Shown: positions 1 to 11,463 of the stretch, in pieces
Position numbering within the stretch: the stretch's first letter is position 1
How the letters are laid out: each line of letters begins with the position of its first letter
NCBI GenBank assembly: GCA_040285825.1
Contig: JAUPSS010000001.1
Location: 2,666,001 to 2,730,000 of the forward strand
Origin: Eukaryota sp. TZLM1-RC
Taxonomy: Eukaryota; Protista; Metamonada: BaSk clade
Reading direction: 5' to 3'
Length of the DNA: 64,000 nt
The notes under the pieces: model-generated
Seen by the model: the letters and a program-made list of their open reading frames with translations, nothing else
Told to the model about the DNA's origin: nothing
Database searches by the model: none
Program-made: the position numbers and the translations under genes

Positions 1-1152
1 ACTGGAGAATTCGATAACAAAACACATTTAAGTAAATTAAGTCGGAGACCAATTTTGGTAAATAATTCTTTAAAACATACAGTTGCTTTTTTCACAATAT
101 TTAAATCACCAATAAGCACAACATCATCCATATATGCAATCATTTTTAGTGAAGGAAACATCTCTTGAATTTGCAGTAGAATAGGATGAATGGCCAAACA
201 AAACAAAAGAGGTCCTAACGGATCTCCTTGCTTTACGCCACTTGATGAACTCAAAATGTTGTTACCAAAATGTAAATTAGAATATGTGCAATATGTTGAT
301 TGAAAATATGGTATTAATTCCGGCATATATTGCAATAGAGCACCATGGATACTGCGACGACTTAGTGAATTGAAAGCATTACTAAAATCCAATGACATGC
401 AAACATTGGATTCATTTTGACGAAATAAGACATCAGTATCAAAAATCGCTGAAGAGACTCCATCTGTAGTATTTATACCATATTGAAAGGGTAATAAAAT
501 CTTTTTAGCTTTTTCATTGAACCTGCTTAAGCAACACGCAGAAAAAATATTGTGTAAGCTCTCAGAGACTGCAATAGGACGAACATCCATTTTTGAATTT
601 TTGACAAGTGCAGTCAAACGAGAACTTCTTAATTCTTCTGGGTATTTGCGTTGACCAGATAATATTTGGTTGAAAAATTTGGTCAATAAACCAAGGCAAT
701 CTTCTGAAGAAATAATCGCGGCTTTAACATGATCAATAGTAATACCAGAAAGTCCGGCAGATTTACCACGAGGTCTCTTTTTGATAACCGAAAAAACTTC
801 TGATGGCATCAATGGATAATTTTCCCAGTATGTACCGTAAAAATTTTGATCCATTATAGGGTCTTCATAAGGATGAAGTATTTTCAGTTTATCTATTGTA
901 TTTTCATTGTTCGGTGCTTTAACTCCGGGACTTAAAGCTGACAAAGCCTTGGACCATTTGTTGTCAAAGCATTTGTCTTCAAAAATTTTACTTAATTTCT
1001 CGGATGACTGATTTCTCGGTGCTATATTAGTTAAATCTTCGGAAATATTAACGAAATTTTGTTCAAAAGGAGGACAAAAAGAACCAAAAAATTCCCAAAT
1101 AATATTGATAGCATACTTTCCTTTACATAATTGATCCAAAAATCTTTGAAAA
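1..1152 (-). mobile_element. 5'-truncated CRE-like non-LTR retrotransposon (family A), RT region, runs off window start
   Basis: Near-identical to the reverse complement of 26797-27950; encodes DVRPIAVSE, LDFSNAFNS, GVKQGDPLGP and YMDD RT motifs. Confidence 0.93.
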
Positions 1153-1506
1153 TCCAAGTTCTCTAAAACTTATAAGATTTTTTTGCAACTTGCAAATTTC
1201 AATGGTAAGGAGAACAAGCTTCTTGGAGAAAGTTCCACAATACCAGAGGGAAAATATTGAGACCAAATTTTTGGTGAAAGAGAATCAATTTCACGTTGTA
1301 AAGAAATCAGATAAAAGTTTGCCACAGTTATCATTGACATCAATTAAATTATATATCTGTAGTAAAGACTGCTGACTCAACTCTATCAGTAGCATTTATT
1401 CCATAATTCAAAAGGCAACAAAGTGGTTTTGCTCTTCCTTTAAATCTGTTTAAACAATTAAACAAGAGGCTGAAAAATTATTTTGTAAACTCTCAGAAAC
1501 TTGTAT
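1153..1506 (-). repeat. Composite ~350-bp tail (decayed RT relic plus family-B relic), also at 13284-13667
   Basis: Reverse complement aligns along its length with 13284-13667; translates to decayed VSE...YGINxTD and FPS..VEL.PRSL.SLPL motifs. Confidence 0.85.
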
Positions 1507-4209
1507 TTATTGAATTTGCACACTTAATTAAATTAACTCATAACTAATGGGACGACTATCATTGAACCAAAATTTCCTCTACAAAATCTTGATCTGCTTG
1601 CTGTCTAGCAAAAGCTTCTCTTATTCGATTGAAAAACCGAGGTAATCTATTAATAATGGCAAATAGAATCCGTGAACGCCTTAAAAAATATCAAATCTTT
1701 TCAAATCTTTTGTTTTTTCTTGAACCATTTTTTGGAAGTCATTCAACAAAGTTTCTGCTTCATCTGATAATCTTCCATTTATCGAAAATGGGAATGCAAT
1801 AAAAACCAACTGTGTATTTCTACCAGCATTAGCTTCTTCAATATCTTTATCATATTTTCTATGTTTCTCTTTTGCTTTAAAATCCAGAGCAGCCACAGGA
1901 TTTAGTTTTCTTCTGTGAACCAAAGTATCATTTGCAACATTACAGGAGACAAAATCAACAAAAGCTTCAGAGTTCTCAATCCAATCACAGTATACATCAC
2001 CTCTATCATCTGAACCAAAATAATTCAGAGAAAGTGTTTCCTTCAGCAGGGGCTCTTTGATACACGATATTCTTGCAGTTTGTGCCTTATTGAAAACAGT
2101 GTCTCTAACAGCACCATGTAATGAAGAACGATAAGTTATCAATTTAGAGCAATTCAGAGCATGGCGCAAAGTGTGTTGAGGTGAATTCGAACAAATACAT
2201 TTTTCTTTTGAAAATAATTGATTAATGGGGATATTCAAATATAATCTCATTTTTGTTACAAATGCTGCATTAGTGGCACACAATCCAAATCTTCGTGGTA
2301 CAATGGTTACAATAAGTGAAGAATTTGACGCCTTGTTTTCACAAACACCCTTTTCCAATAACAATGAGTGAAGATCTTGATTTAAAACAGCCGAGCTGCA
2401 AATATTATTATAAAGATCTTTTTCATACATTCCAGTCAATCTTTTCTGTAATGTTCGAAGAGTGTACTTCAAATTTAAAACATTTTTTCTGGAATATTGC
2501 CATTGAATGATTGGGGAAAACATCGACCCCATTTTTCTACATCAATTCTTGAAATTTCTTCATTTAATGCAAAAACAGTGGAACTTTGCGTTGTCATCAA
2601 TAAATCTTCCCAATCTGCAAATCTTTCGGAAAACTCAAAGATTGCATTTCTGCATCCACCAACAAAAGCACACGAGGTAAGAATAGAAGCCTTCGTCCAC
2701 CCTAAACCACCATAATGTGGACTAAGGTAAGCATGATCTGGAATTTGAAACATTTTACATCCCAGTAATTGAGACAGAACTTTTGCACGTAACTCATTAA
2801 ACTTCTGAGCCAAAGGCCTAGTGACAAGAGGATTTGTAGATCGAAATATATGATTAAAATTGGAACTAAAACACAGTCTTATAATGGTAAATTTGATGTG
2901 TTTTTTTATATCTAAATTCATCATTCGGTCAATTTTGTCAGAAATTGAGTTCAACTTTTCAAACAATTTTTTGGTAATTTCATCATTATTTCCTAAAAAC
3001 GAACCCAAATGACGAATAGCATCAATTGAATATAATTTGGCTTGAATTTCAATATCATCAATTATTGTGGAAACTGGAGAATTCGATAACAAAACACATT
3101 TAAGTAAATTAAGTCGGAGACCAATTTTGGTAAATAATTCTTTAAAACATACAGTTGCTTTTTTCACAATATTTAAATCACCAATAAGCACAACATCATC
3201 CATATATGCAATCATTTTTAGTGAAGGAAACATCTCTTGAATTTGCAGTAGAATAGGATGAATGGCCAAACAAAACAAAAAGAGGTCCTAACGGATCTCC
3301 TTGCTTTACGCCACTTGATGAACTCAAAATGTTGTTACCAAAATGTAAATTAGAATATGTGCAATATGTTGATTGAAAATATGGTATTAATTCCGGCATA
3401 TATTGCAATAGAGCACCATGGATACTGCGACGACTTAGTGAATTGAAAGCATTACTAAAATCCAATGACATGCAAACATTGGATTCATTTTGACGAAATA
3501 AGACATCAGTAGCAAAAATCGCTGAAGAGACTCCATCTGTAGTATTTATACCATATTGAAAGGGTAATAAAATCTTTTTAGCTTTTTCATTGAACCTGCT
3601 TAAGCAACACGCAGAAAAATATTGTGTAAGCTCTCAGAGACTGCAATAGGACGAACATCCATTTTTGAATTTTTGACAAGTGCAGTCTAACGAGAACTTC
3701 TTAATTCTTCTGGGTATTTGCGTTGACCAGATAATATTTGGTTGAAAAATTTAGTCAATAGACCAAGGCAATCTTCTGAAGAAATCATCGCGGCTTTTAC
3801 ATGATCAATAGTAATACCAGAAAGTCCGGCAGACTTACCACGAGGTCTCTTTTTGATAACCGAAAAAACTTCCGATGGCATCAATGGATAATTTTCCCAG
3901 TATGTGCCGTAAAAATTTTGATCCATTATAGGGTCTTCATAAGGATGAAGTATTTTCAGTTTATCTATTGTATTTTCATTGTTCGGTGCTTTAACTCCGG
4001 GACTTAAAGCTGACAAGGCCTTGGACCATTTGTTGTCAAAGCATTTGTCTTCAAAAATTTTACTTAATTTCTCGGATGACTGATTTCTCGGTGCTATATT
4101 AGTTAAATCTTCGGAAATATTAACAAAATTTTGTTCAAAAGCAGGACAAAAAGAACCAAAAAATTCCCAAATAATATTGATAGCATACTTTCCTTTACAC
4201 AATTGATAA
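1507..4209 (-). mobile_element. 5'-truncated family-A non-LTR retrotransposon (RT, CCHC, RLE, 3' UTR), frameshifted
   Basis: ORF pieces 3687-4202, 3196-3471, 2475-3278 and 1681-2532 are collinear with the 26181-29517 copy; 3' UTR ends in AATAAAT. Confidence 0.93.
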
Positions 4210-4287
4210 TACAGTTATAATGGAAATCAAATTATACTTTTCTTAAATTTGCATCATCGCGCATCTTAGACTAGACTAGTAGACGTA

Positions 4288-5093
4288 ATGCATTTCATAC
4301 TGGTATTTGCTCTCTTAGCCACTGTCACTCTTGCGGGAACACCACCTATTGTTGTTCTCGAAAATTCTCTCTCTACCAAACTTACTCTTCTTGAACACTC
4401 GTTTAGGTATGCAATATTTTTTTGACTCATCTTAGATATGGATGTTTCACTGATGACCCTCTTCCTGAAGTTGTAGGATCCGGTGAAACCGCTTCCTTTA
4501 AAATCGATTGTTCTTTTGCTGCTGAATTTGAAGTGTGTTGTGTTACCTAGCACTTATCTTAGGTCAACGCTCAATTCCACTTCCGTACCGATGACGGCAA
4601 ACTTCTCACCGTTATTGTTGAAAAATACGACTTTTTCAATGTTACTTCCCAAGGTATTTCAGTTGCTGTCAAGTCTGTTTTTACTGATAATGGGCCTCAG
4701 ATTGAATTTGAATTCACCAATGGTAAGCCTTCCTCCAAGATGATGTCTCTTGATTTCACCCCCATTCCCAATGATTCAACCTGGCTGAGCCTACAGAACA
4801 ATTTCCCATTTCCTCTTTCACTCAAGGACTACAGTGCTCATAATTTTGATACTACCAATCCTAGCAAAGTAATTGAGCCAAAGAAGGCTACCAGAACGCA
4901 TCTTACCCAAACTGCTTATCCCGCTGATTTCATGGCCAACTATGTTACTGATTCTGATAATTATTATGTTTCAGCTGGTGTTGATTCTTCTTCTCAGGAT
5001 GATTTTTCTGTTCTTTGTTACATTGGTGGGAAAACTCAATCAAATGTTGTTCGCAATCACAATGGGGATGTAAACATTCAAGTTTCTTTTTAG
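4288..5093 (+). CDS. Putative secreted protein, 248 aa, 3 exons (4288-4406, 4436-4532, 4563-5093)
   Basis: Signal-peptide-like MHFILVFALLATVTLAG; removing two GT-AG introns gives one open 747-nt frame that runs into ORF 4740-5093. Confidence 0.8.
4407..4435 (+). other. 29-nt spliceosomal intron
   Basis: GTATGC...ACTCATCTTAG; removal restores the frame. Confidence 0.8.
4533..4562 (+). other. 30-nt spliceosomal intron
   Basis: GTGTGT...ACTTATCTTAG; contains an in-frame TAG that is removed by splicing. Confidence 0.78.
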
Positions 5094-5183
5094 TAAGTTT
5101 AGTTATAAATAATTTATTTTGTTTTAATTTTAATTTTAATTTATTTTAAACTTTTTTGAAGAGTGACAACATGTAGCTAAGAG

Positions 5184-5690
5184 CTAGAACTCAAAAGAAG
5201 AAAAATTCTCCACATCTACCCTTACACTTCTATATAACTTCTTGAATATCTGAGGCAAATATTTGGGAAAGCTTCGAAATGGAGCAAAGATGATTCTATT
5301 ACGCCAAATGGAGATGTTAAATAATTTGTTACGTTCAAGACATAACTTGGCAAAAGAATCAAGAAACTTTTGGCCTATCTTGCCAATACTTCCAAAAATC
5401 GAAATTGTAAACTGAATGAAAAAAGAAGAGTATAAGTTTTGATTAAGAATCCTCATTACTTCATCATACAACTGATTTTTATGTGCCTCCGCCTGACACA
5501 GATGCGAACTTTCATCATTAAAAACTGAAGATCAACTGAAGGATCAACAGTAGTAAAATCAACAACCGCCTGAGTTGAGTCGGTAAAGGGTATAATCAAA
5601 TCTCCACGGCAACAATTGAAGATAACATTATCACTGTAGTGTTTCAGAAGAGGTTCTATTTTTCCATTAAAACCAAAATTAATTTACAAT
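5184..5690 (-). mobile_element. 3' RLE fragment of a related non-LTR retrotransposon
   Basis: RGDLIIP, F.ISIFGSIG and WRNRIIF motifs shared with the other RLE tails. Confidence 0.75.
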
Positions 5691-5941
5691 ATTGTTTTGT
5701 TATTTTCCATAGTGCTACATCTTTTACACAAACAGTTCCTTGATCGTTTTTCATTTTCAAAGAAACTGATTTTAATGCAGTGTGCTCATTTTTTCTTCAA
5801 AAGCGGGGAACAAATCATCCACAGAAAAGTTTTGAGAGAAAAGGAAATTTCCAAAATTAATTTTATGACATTAAAATAGGGATTTTATTCTTGGTAATTA
5901 ACTACTGTATCAGCTTGGTCGTGCTGATCAACCAGCTCTAA

Positions 5942-7435
5942 ATGTATCACTTGTTACTCAACCTTTCCTTAATGGTGGCCATTGTACTTAGTACACCAGT
6001 CACTCAGAGACCAGCTTATCACTTTGCAGCTCCCCCTGGGGGCTGGATCAATGATCCAGTGGGTACTATTCATCACAAAGGCATTTATCATCTCTACTAT
6101 CAACTCAATCCTCACAGTACATCATGGGATGCACCATATTGGGGACATGTATATTCTGAGGACCTTGTACATTGGAAAAGTCTTCCTCCATCACTGATTC
6201 CGTCTACACCATACGAAAACGAGGGATGTTGGTCAGGAAGTGCCTTCAAAATTAATAACCTTGATGATCAGGTGTATTTCTGGTACACAGCTGCTCAGCC
6301 ACAAACACAGTGCATAGCCACCTCTTCCGATCCCCTTCTCCAAAAATTCACTAGAGCAAAGACCAACCCTGTAGTTCCTTACTCTGCCAAGCCTAGTCGG
6401 TTTAATGAAGCTTTTAGAGACCCTCAACTGTTCATGGTTGATGATTCATTAATCATGCTATTGGGGGGAGGGCTGAAGAACCGTCAAGGAGGTGCAGTGT
6501 TGAAGTATGTTGCAAAAAACCCAGATTTCATGAACAACTTATTCAACTTTAAATACAATGGAACTCTACTGGAAGATGATGGATTTTGTTCCCAAGATCT
6601 TCTCTCCAAATGGGAGTGCCCAGTATTGTTCAATATTGGGGATTATTATGGACTTTTATTATCTGTAGAGCATGAAGAACCTAGTACCACCTATATTATA
6701 ATTGGCAACCTTGACCAAAAGTCTTTCAAGTTTGAGCCTTTATTGACCTTTCTTTTTGACCCTGGAGTGTATGCACCTAGAACTTTCGTTATGGACAATA
6801 ATGAAGTCGTTATAGTAAGCTGGATTCCTGAAGACCGTGACGTGGTGCAAGACTATTCGGGACTTTTATCGATTCCAAAGAGAACCGCTATTGGCATGTC
6901 TGTATCAAATCATTATTTATACCAACATTTGAGAAATTTTGCCAGCTTTGAATATTACTTTCACAACAATTTAGAAACACTGAGACTTGACCATAAAAAT
7001 CTTATTGCAGATCCAAAAAAGAGAACTTTGATTGGTTATTGCGCAAACGGTTGTGAAGTATTACTTGATTCAAGTATTAGTGATTATTCGAAACCATTTG
7101 TTCTTGAAATTTTTTCTCATCCTCAACAAAAGGAATTTACAATTATAGAATTTAATTTTGAAAAGGGTGAAGTTTTGATTGATAGGTCAAATAGTTCTCT
7201 CTCTGACAATCAAAATACGTCATCAATCACAATTCCTTTGTTATTTGATTCTTCAAAACCAAATGTATTAACTATTCATTTATTAATTGATAGAACAGTC
7301 GCTGAATTAATTGTTAATCACAGAAGTTTAGCAACCACAAGAATATACCCTTTATTATCAAATTCTAATCAAATATATGTACATTCTTTTTTCAAAACTA
7401 GAATTGAATATTTCAACTATAAACCAATATTTTGA
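5942..7435 (+). CDS. Secreted glycoside hydrolase family 32 (beta-fructofuranosidase/invertase)
   Basis: WINDPVG, WSGSA, FRDP and WECP catalytic motifs, N-terminal signal peptide, C-terminal IDRTVAE beta-sandwich motif. Confidence 0.93.
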   Translation: MYHLLLNLSLMVAIVLSTPVTQRPAYHFAAPPGGWINDPVGTIHHKGIYHLYYQLNPHSTSWDAPYWGHVYSEDLVHWKSLPPSLIPSTPYENEGCWSGSAFKINNLDDQVYFWYTAAQPQTQCIATSSDPLLQKFTRAKTNPVVPYSAKPSRFNEAFRDPQLFMVDDSLIMLLGGGLKNRQGGAVLKYVAKNPDFMNNLFNFKYNGTLLEDDGFCSQDLLSKWECPVLFNIGDYYGLLLSVEHEEPSTTYIIIGNLDQKSFKFEPLLTFLFDPGVYAPRTFVMDNNEVVIVSWIPEDRDVVQDYSGLLSIPKRTAIGMSVSNHYLYQHLRNFASFEYYFHNNLETLRLDHKNLIADPKKRTLIGYCANGCEVLLDSSISDYSKPFVLEIFSHPQQKEFTIIEFNFEKGEVLIDRSNSSLSDNQNTSSITIPLLFDSSKPNVLTIHLLIDRTVAELIVNHRSLATTRIYPLLSNSNQIYVHSFFKTRIEYFNYKPIF

Positions 7436-7446
7436 TCTTGTTTAAA

Positions 7447-8547
7447 TTACCTTGCAAATATACTAACAACATCCTCATCACATAATTGATGAGCAAGACC
7501 AACACGTTGCCCCTTGTGTTTAGCAGAAGCACCATAAACAATTGCATACTTGAACCGTTCTTCCATTGTTGAATGGATATACCTGCAAAGATTCTTTACT
7601 GTTCCACCTTTACGTAGGACAATTGGCTCTGTGAAATCGGGAGGACATCCCTTTTTCTTTGTGTACACTCTAACAATTGAAAGCGCTTTCCAAAGAGAGA
7701 GCAGCAGTCTGTCCAAGTTGAGATTGTATGCGCAACTGATGGGCACCCAATAAGGTTTACTTGCTAATCTGTTAGTCTCTTCAATGACAATGTTGTCGAC
7801 CTTGTTGAAAGTATAGATACATGGCATGTATATTCTATTTTTAGCAACAACATCAATCAATGAGTCAACTCCTAAATCCTCTCTGAAAAGCACCTCAGCA
7901 TTCATTATCTTGTATGAATGAAGCACCGAAACTACATCTTTCTGAGTAATCCTGGTTAGAGGAACTCCCTGGGTAAGCTTAATTCCCCCAGTTTTAGTTT
8001 GTCTAACGGTAATATCTGGGGGCTGTTGGTTGAGTCTAATGCCCATAGCTTCGACTTCCTTGGTAAGAAGATCAACTTGGAGTTCAGCCTTATCGCTCTC
8101 CACCATCATGAGACAGAGATCGGCACTGCGAATGACGGAAAGCACTTCTTTTCCCCTCCCCCTCCCGCTTGCAGCTCCTTCAATGATACCAGGCAAGTCA
8201 AGCAATTGAATATGGACATCATTATAAATCAAGTTTCCAGGAATACAGGTAAGGGTACAAAAGTCTTGCTCTGAAACTTCTGACTTAGTTTCCGTGAGAA
8301 GGTTGAGCAAACTGGATTTTCCTACTGAAGGAAATCCGAGAAGAGCAACACGGACATCGCCAGTCTTTTCAACAGCAAATCCTGACCCTTTACCACCTGC
8401 AGAACTCTTGGCGTTTGATTCTATGAGTTCACTGCGAAGTTGTGCAAGCCGAGCTTTTAGTCGACAAAGATGTGATTCGGTTGCCTTGTTACGTTGTGTG
8501 CGAGCCATTTCGGCCTGAATCTCCGCGATCCTTTCGCTGAGACCCAT
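7447..8547 (-). CDS. DRG2: Developmentally regulated GTP-binding protein (DRG2/Rbg2-like)
   Basis: EMARTQRNKATESH, GFPSVGKS, DLPGIIEGA, NKVD and a TGS tail; start taken at MGLSERI. Confidence 0.92.
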   Translation of the reverse strand: MGLSERIAEIQAEMARTQRNKATESHLCRLKARLAQLRSELIESNAKSSAGGKGSGFAVEKTGDVRVALLGFPSVGKSSLLNLLTETKSEVSEQDFCTLTCIPGNLIYNDVHIQLLDLPGIIEGAASGRGRGKEVLSVIRSADLCLMMVESDKAELQVDLLTKEVEAMGIRLNQQPPDITVRQTKTGGIKLTQGVPLTRITQKDVVSVLHSYKIMNAEVLFREDLGVDSLIDVVAKNRIYMPCIYTFNKVDNIVIEETNRLASKPYWVPISCAYNLNLDRLLLSLWKALSIVRVYTKKKGCPPDFTEPIVLRKGGTVKNLCRYIHSTMEERFKYAIVYGASAKHKGQRVGLAHQLCDEDVVSIFAR

Positions 8548-8620
8548 TAGAGAGAGATTAGAGGATTGATGACAGGGAAATTGAACTGAAAATAAAATAC
8601 ACAATACACAATACACAAGT

Positions 8621-10636
8621 ATGGTTAATAATGGTATAGATTCTATCTCTGCTTTCAATGAATTTCAATCTCACACACTTCTCCTCACGGCGACTGGTGA
8701 TGTCTATGGATGGGGAAACAATTACTTCAACCAAGTCTTTCCAGGTCTCACGGGACCACCCGCTTTTGATGACTCTGATTTCATTCCAATTCCTGTCAAG
8801 CTTCCTCTCAGCAACATTGTGTCAATATCAGCTGGAATGGATCATTCCCTTGCGTTGATGAAGGATGGAACTGTATACGGATGGGGAAGCAACCAATATG
8901 ATCAAATTAATCAATCATCCGATCAAACCCTGCCATTCACTAAACTAAATCTTCCTCAATCCAATATAACTAATATCTATGCCTCTAACTTCTACTCATT
9001 GGCACTAACGGTTCAGGGTAAAGTTGTTAAATGGGGACTTGATCATCCTCCAACTTTGATTGATGGTTTGATTGAGGTTTGTTCAATCAAATTAGATTGG
9101 GAGTATTTTGTGGCTTTAACTAAATCTGGTGATTTAAAGATCATCAAATTTGATAGCGAATTCACCAAATTTGACATCCATGGTATCAATCTCATTCACT
9201 CCGCTCTTCCAAAACCTTTACTTCCACGTGATGTAACGACTTGTTTTTCGTTGTGCTTCATTGTTGATCAAGATCAATTTGTTTGGAAATTCAACATTGA
9301 TGAAAAAGATTCTCTTCCTGTTCAAATTCAAGGTTTAAGTGAAATTAAATCAATAGTAGCAGGAAATGGTTTTTACGTTGCTCTTGAAACTAATGGTAAA
9401 GTTTATTTGTTTGGTGATTTTGAACGAATTTATAACCCGATCGATCGGGATGACGATGACGTTCCGTGTTTGGTAAAGGAGTTAACCCACATTCAATCTA
9501 TTGCTGCTGGTGATTCATTTTTTTTCGCTTTTAACAATACTTCAGCTTTCTACTTTGGTCGTTATAGTCCTGATCAATTATCAACACGACCACTTGTTGG
9601 CAAGTCCTTTGTTGACATCTATACTCAGCCAATAAAACTTTTTGGAAGCGAAATCATAGGATCATTTGCTCGTGCTTGTTCAACTAAGAAGTTTAATCAT
9701 GATGATGATCATGGTTTGACTTCATGTTTAATCAAACTCATTTTCCATCATTACCTAGATTACCTCGAGGGATTTTTTCCTGGTCATTCTTATGTCAAAT
9801 ATAGGTTCATTTCCAAGTTGTCCCTCAGCCAAAGGTTTCATTCTATGACCAAGGAAGTTTTGAATACTTATCCATTTTGTGAAGTTTTTATAAATCCAAA
9901 TGAATTAAAGCCATCTTGTAATTGTAAATCATTACAGTTGAGGTTGAATCTTCCTTGTCAAGGAGATAAAGTTAATCCTAACATTACGAAACTTTACCTC
10001 TTAACAAATGATATTTCCCGTGATTTGAGTTTAATTTTATTATTTCCAAATTTAGTTTCCCTTTCAGTATTAAAGAATGGTGAAGAGTTTCTTCCTTTTT
10101 CTTTGGACTGTTCCGGTCTTGGTAACTTGAAATCTTTGGAAATTGGTTGTGTCGTCAATGATTTGAGTCATTTACCAAAATCAATCCAGAAATTGGTCAT
10201 CCACAGTTACGTTGATAATGTTAATTTTCGCTGTCTTGAAAATCTTGAACATCTGGTTATTCATTCTCGTCAACTTTCTGAAGAAATTCTGACTTCTCAT
10301 CATAAGATCCCATGCTCAATTTTAAAGCTTGAAATTGCATTATCCAATGAAGAATTCACGAATGGTTGCAAGTTGCCAAAGCTGCGTCAATTAGTAGTCT
10401 TTGAAGATCTTTGTCTCAACCTAAATGTTGATTATTTCCCGCTGTTAGCGTTTGTGGAGATCAAAAACGAATTTGCTTCAATTGCGGGCTCTGTTTTTTG
10501 TCCTGAAAACTTTAACAGAGGTGGCTTTGTCAAGTCTACCTTGCTATGTAGGAATGGTGTTTTGGTAGAATTAACTTGTTTTCCATGGTGGATTAAATAT
10601 CCTGTTTGCGAAGAAGTTACTGATGTGTTTCAATAA
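8621..10636 (+). CDS. RCC1-repeat protein with C-terminal LRR-like region
   Basis: Repeated ISAGxxHSLAL..DGTVYGWGSN..Q units; LxxLxI repeats near the C-terminus. Confidence 0.85.
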   Translation: MVNNGIDSISAFNEFQSHTLLLTATGDVYGWGNNYFNQVFPGLTGPPAFDDSDFIPIPVKLPLSNIVSISAGMDHSLALMKDGTVYGWGSNQYDQINQSSDQTLPFTKLNLPQSNITNIYASNFYSLALTVQGKVVKWGLDHPPTLIDGLIEVCSIKLDWEYFVALTKSGDLKIIKFDSEFTKFDIHGINLIHSALPKPLLPRDVTTCFSLCFIVDQDQFVWKFNIDEKDSLPVQIQGLSEIKSIVAGNGFYVALETNGKVYLFGDFERIYNPIDRDDDDVPCLVKELTHIQSIAAGDSFFFAFNNTSAFYFGRYSPDQLSTRPLVGKSFVDIYTQPIKLFGSEIIGSFARACSTKKFNHDDDHGLTSCLIKLIFHHYLDYLEGFFPGHSYVKYRFISKLSLSQRFHSMTKEVLNTYPFCEVFINPNELKPSCNCKSLQLRLNLPCQGDKVNPNITKLYLLTNDISRDLSLILLFPNLVSLSVLKNGEEFLPFSLDCSGLGNLKSLEIGCVVNDLSHLPKSIQKLVIHSYVDNVNFRCLENLEHLVIHSRQLSEEILTSHHKIPCSILKLEIALSNEEFTNGCKLPKLRQLVVFEDLCLNLNVDYFPLLAFVEIKNEFASIAGSVFCPENFNRGGFVKSTLLCRNGVLVELTCFPWWIKYPVCEEVTDVFQ

Positions 10637-11463
10637 ATTTTGCATTTTAGCAATGGGATTCGTTAATGTTCTTTTATCAATACCCTAATTGGAAAAGTCG
10701 CAAGTCACCAATAGCAATAGTTATGGTTCATCAACGAACCTTCCCAAACCACTGTACCAATTCTTTTAACTCTCAATAGTCATACAACTAAGAATTTTCC
10801 TAAGGGCTAACTCTTGTGTTCTACCAAATGAAAACAAAAAAGTGCTAACTTTTCTAAATAAACAAAACAGTTTTAACTGGTTATTCTTTTTAATATCTGT
10901 TTCTATTTCCACAACTTCTCTACTAACTCAAACTTGCCAACATTTATGAATTAATGCTCCAGCTTAATTTAAATGATGAAAATAATTTTTCAACAATACT
11001 AATGACGGGGTGTGTTTGTTTATGCTAAATACGTTTATTCTATTGGAACAACGGTAATTTGTCAAATTCTTTGGCATTAATAATTTGAAATTGTGGCCAT
11101 AATTTCCTTTATTATTTTCTGTTTGGTTGAGTTTGGTATAGAAAACTTCTTAATGGCTTTGTGAAACTTGGAAGATTGAAGTATATGTTCAAGGATCGAT
11201 CACATAAGTTTAACAATGTATTTATTAAATAAACAAAGTGGAGAATGAATGTCAAAATAATCACAAGTTTGTACATAAGTTAAACACTTAGTCTAGTACA
11301 CTTGTAATACAGACTTCACTAGTGATGACCTTTATCAGGGATGGGGAGTCATCTTTTATCACTACTAGTGGTTGATAGTTGGTATAATTGGTGCTTGCAG
11401 GGGAAATTTTCCCCAACACTTACCATAATTTCATTGTAATTGTCATAGACATTATCTATAAGA

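Noticed and set aside
10640-11200. Possible further Fanzor relic on the minus strand (IAIGD-CDFSN...P..KM)
   Set aside because: Needs frameshifts and lacks catalytic motifs, so too weak without a profile search. If real, it would point at a gene 3' end and weaken the promoter-orientation pattern
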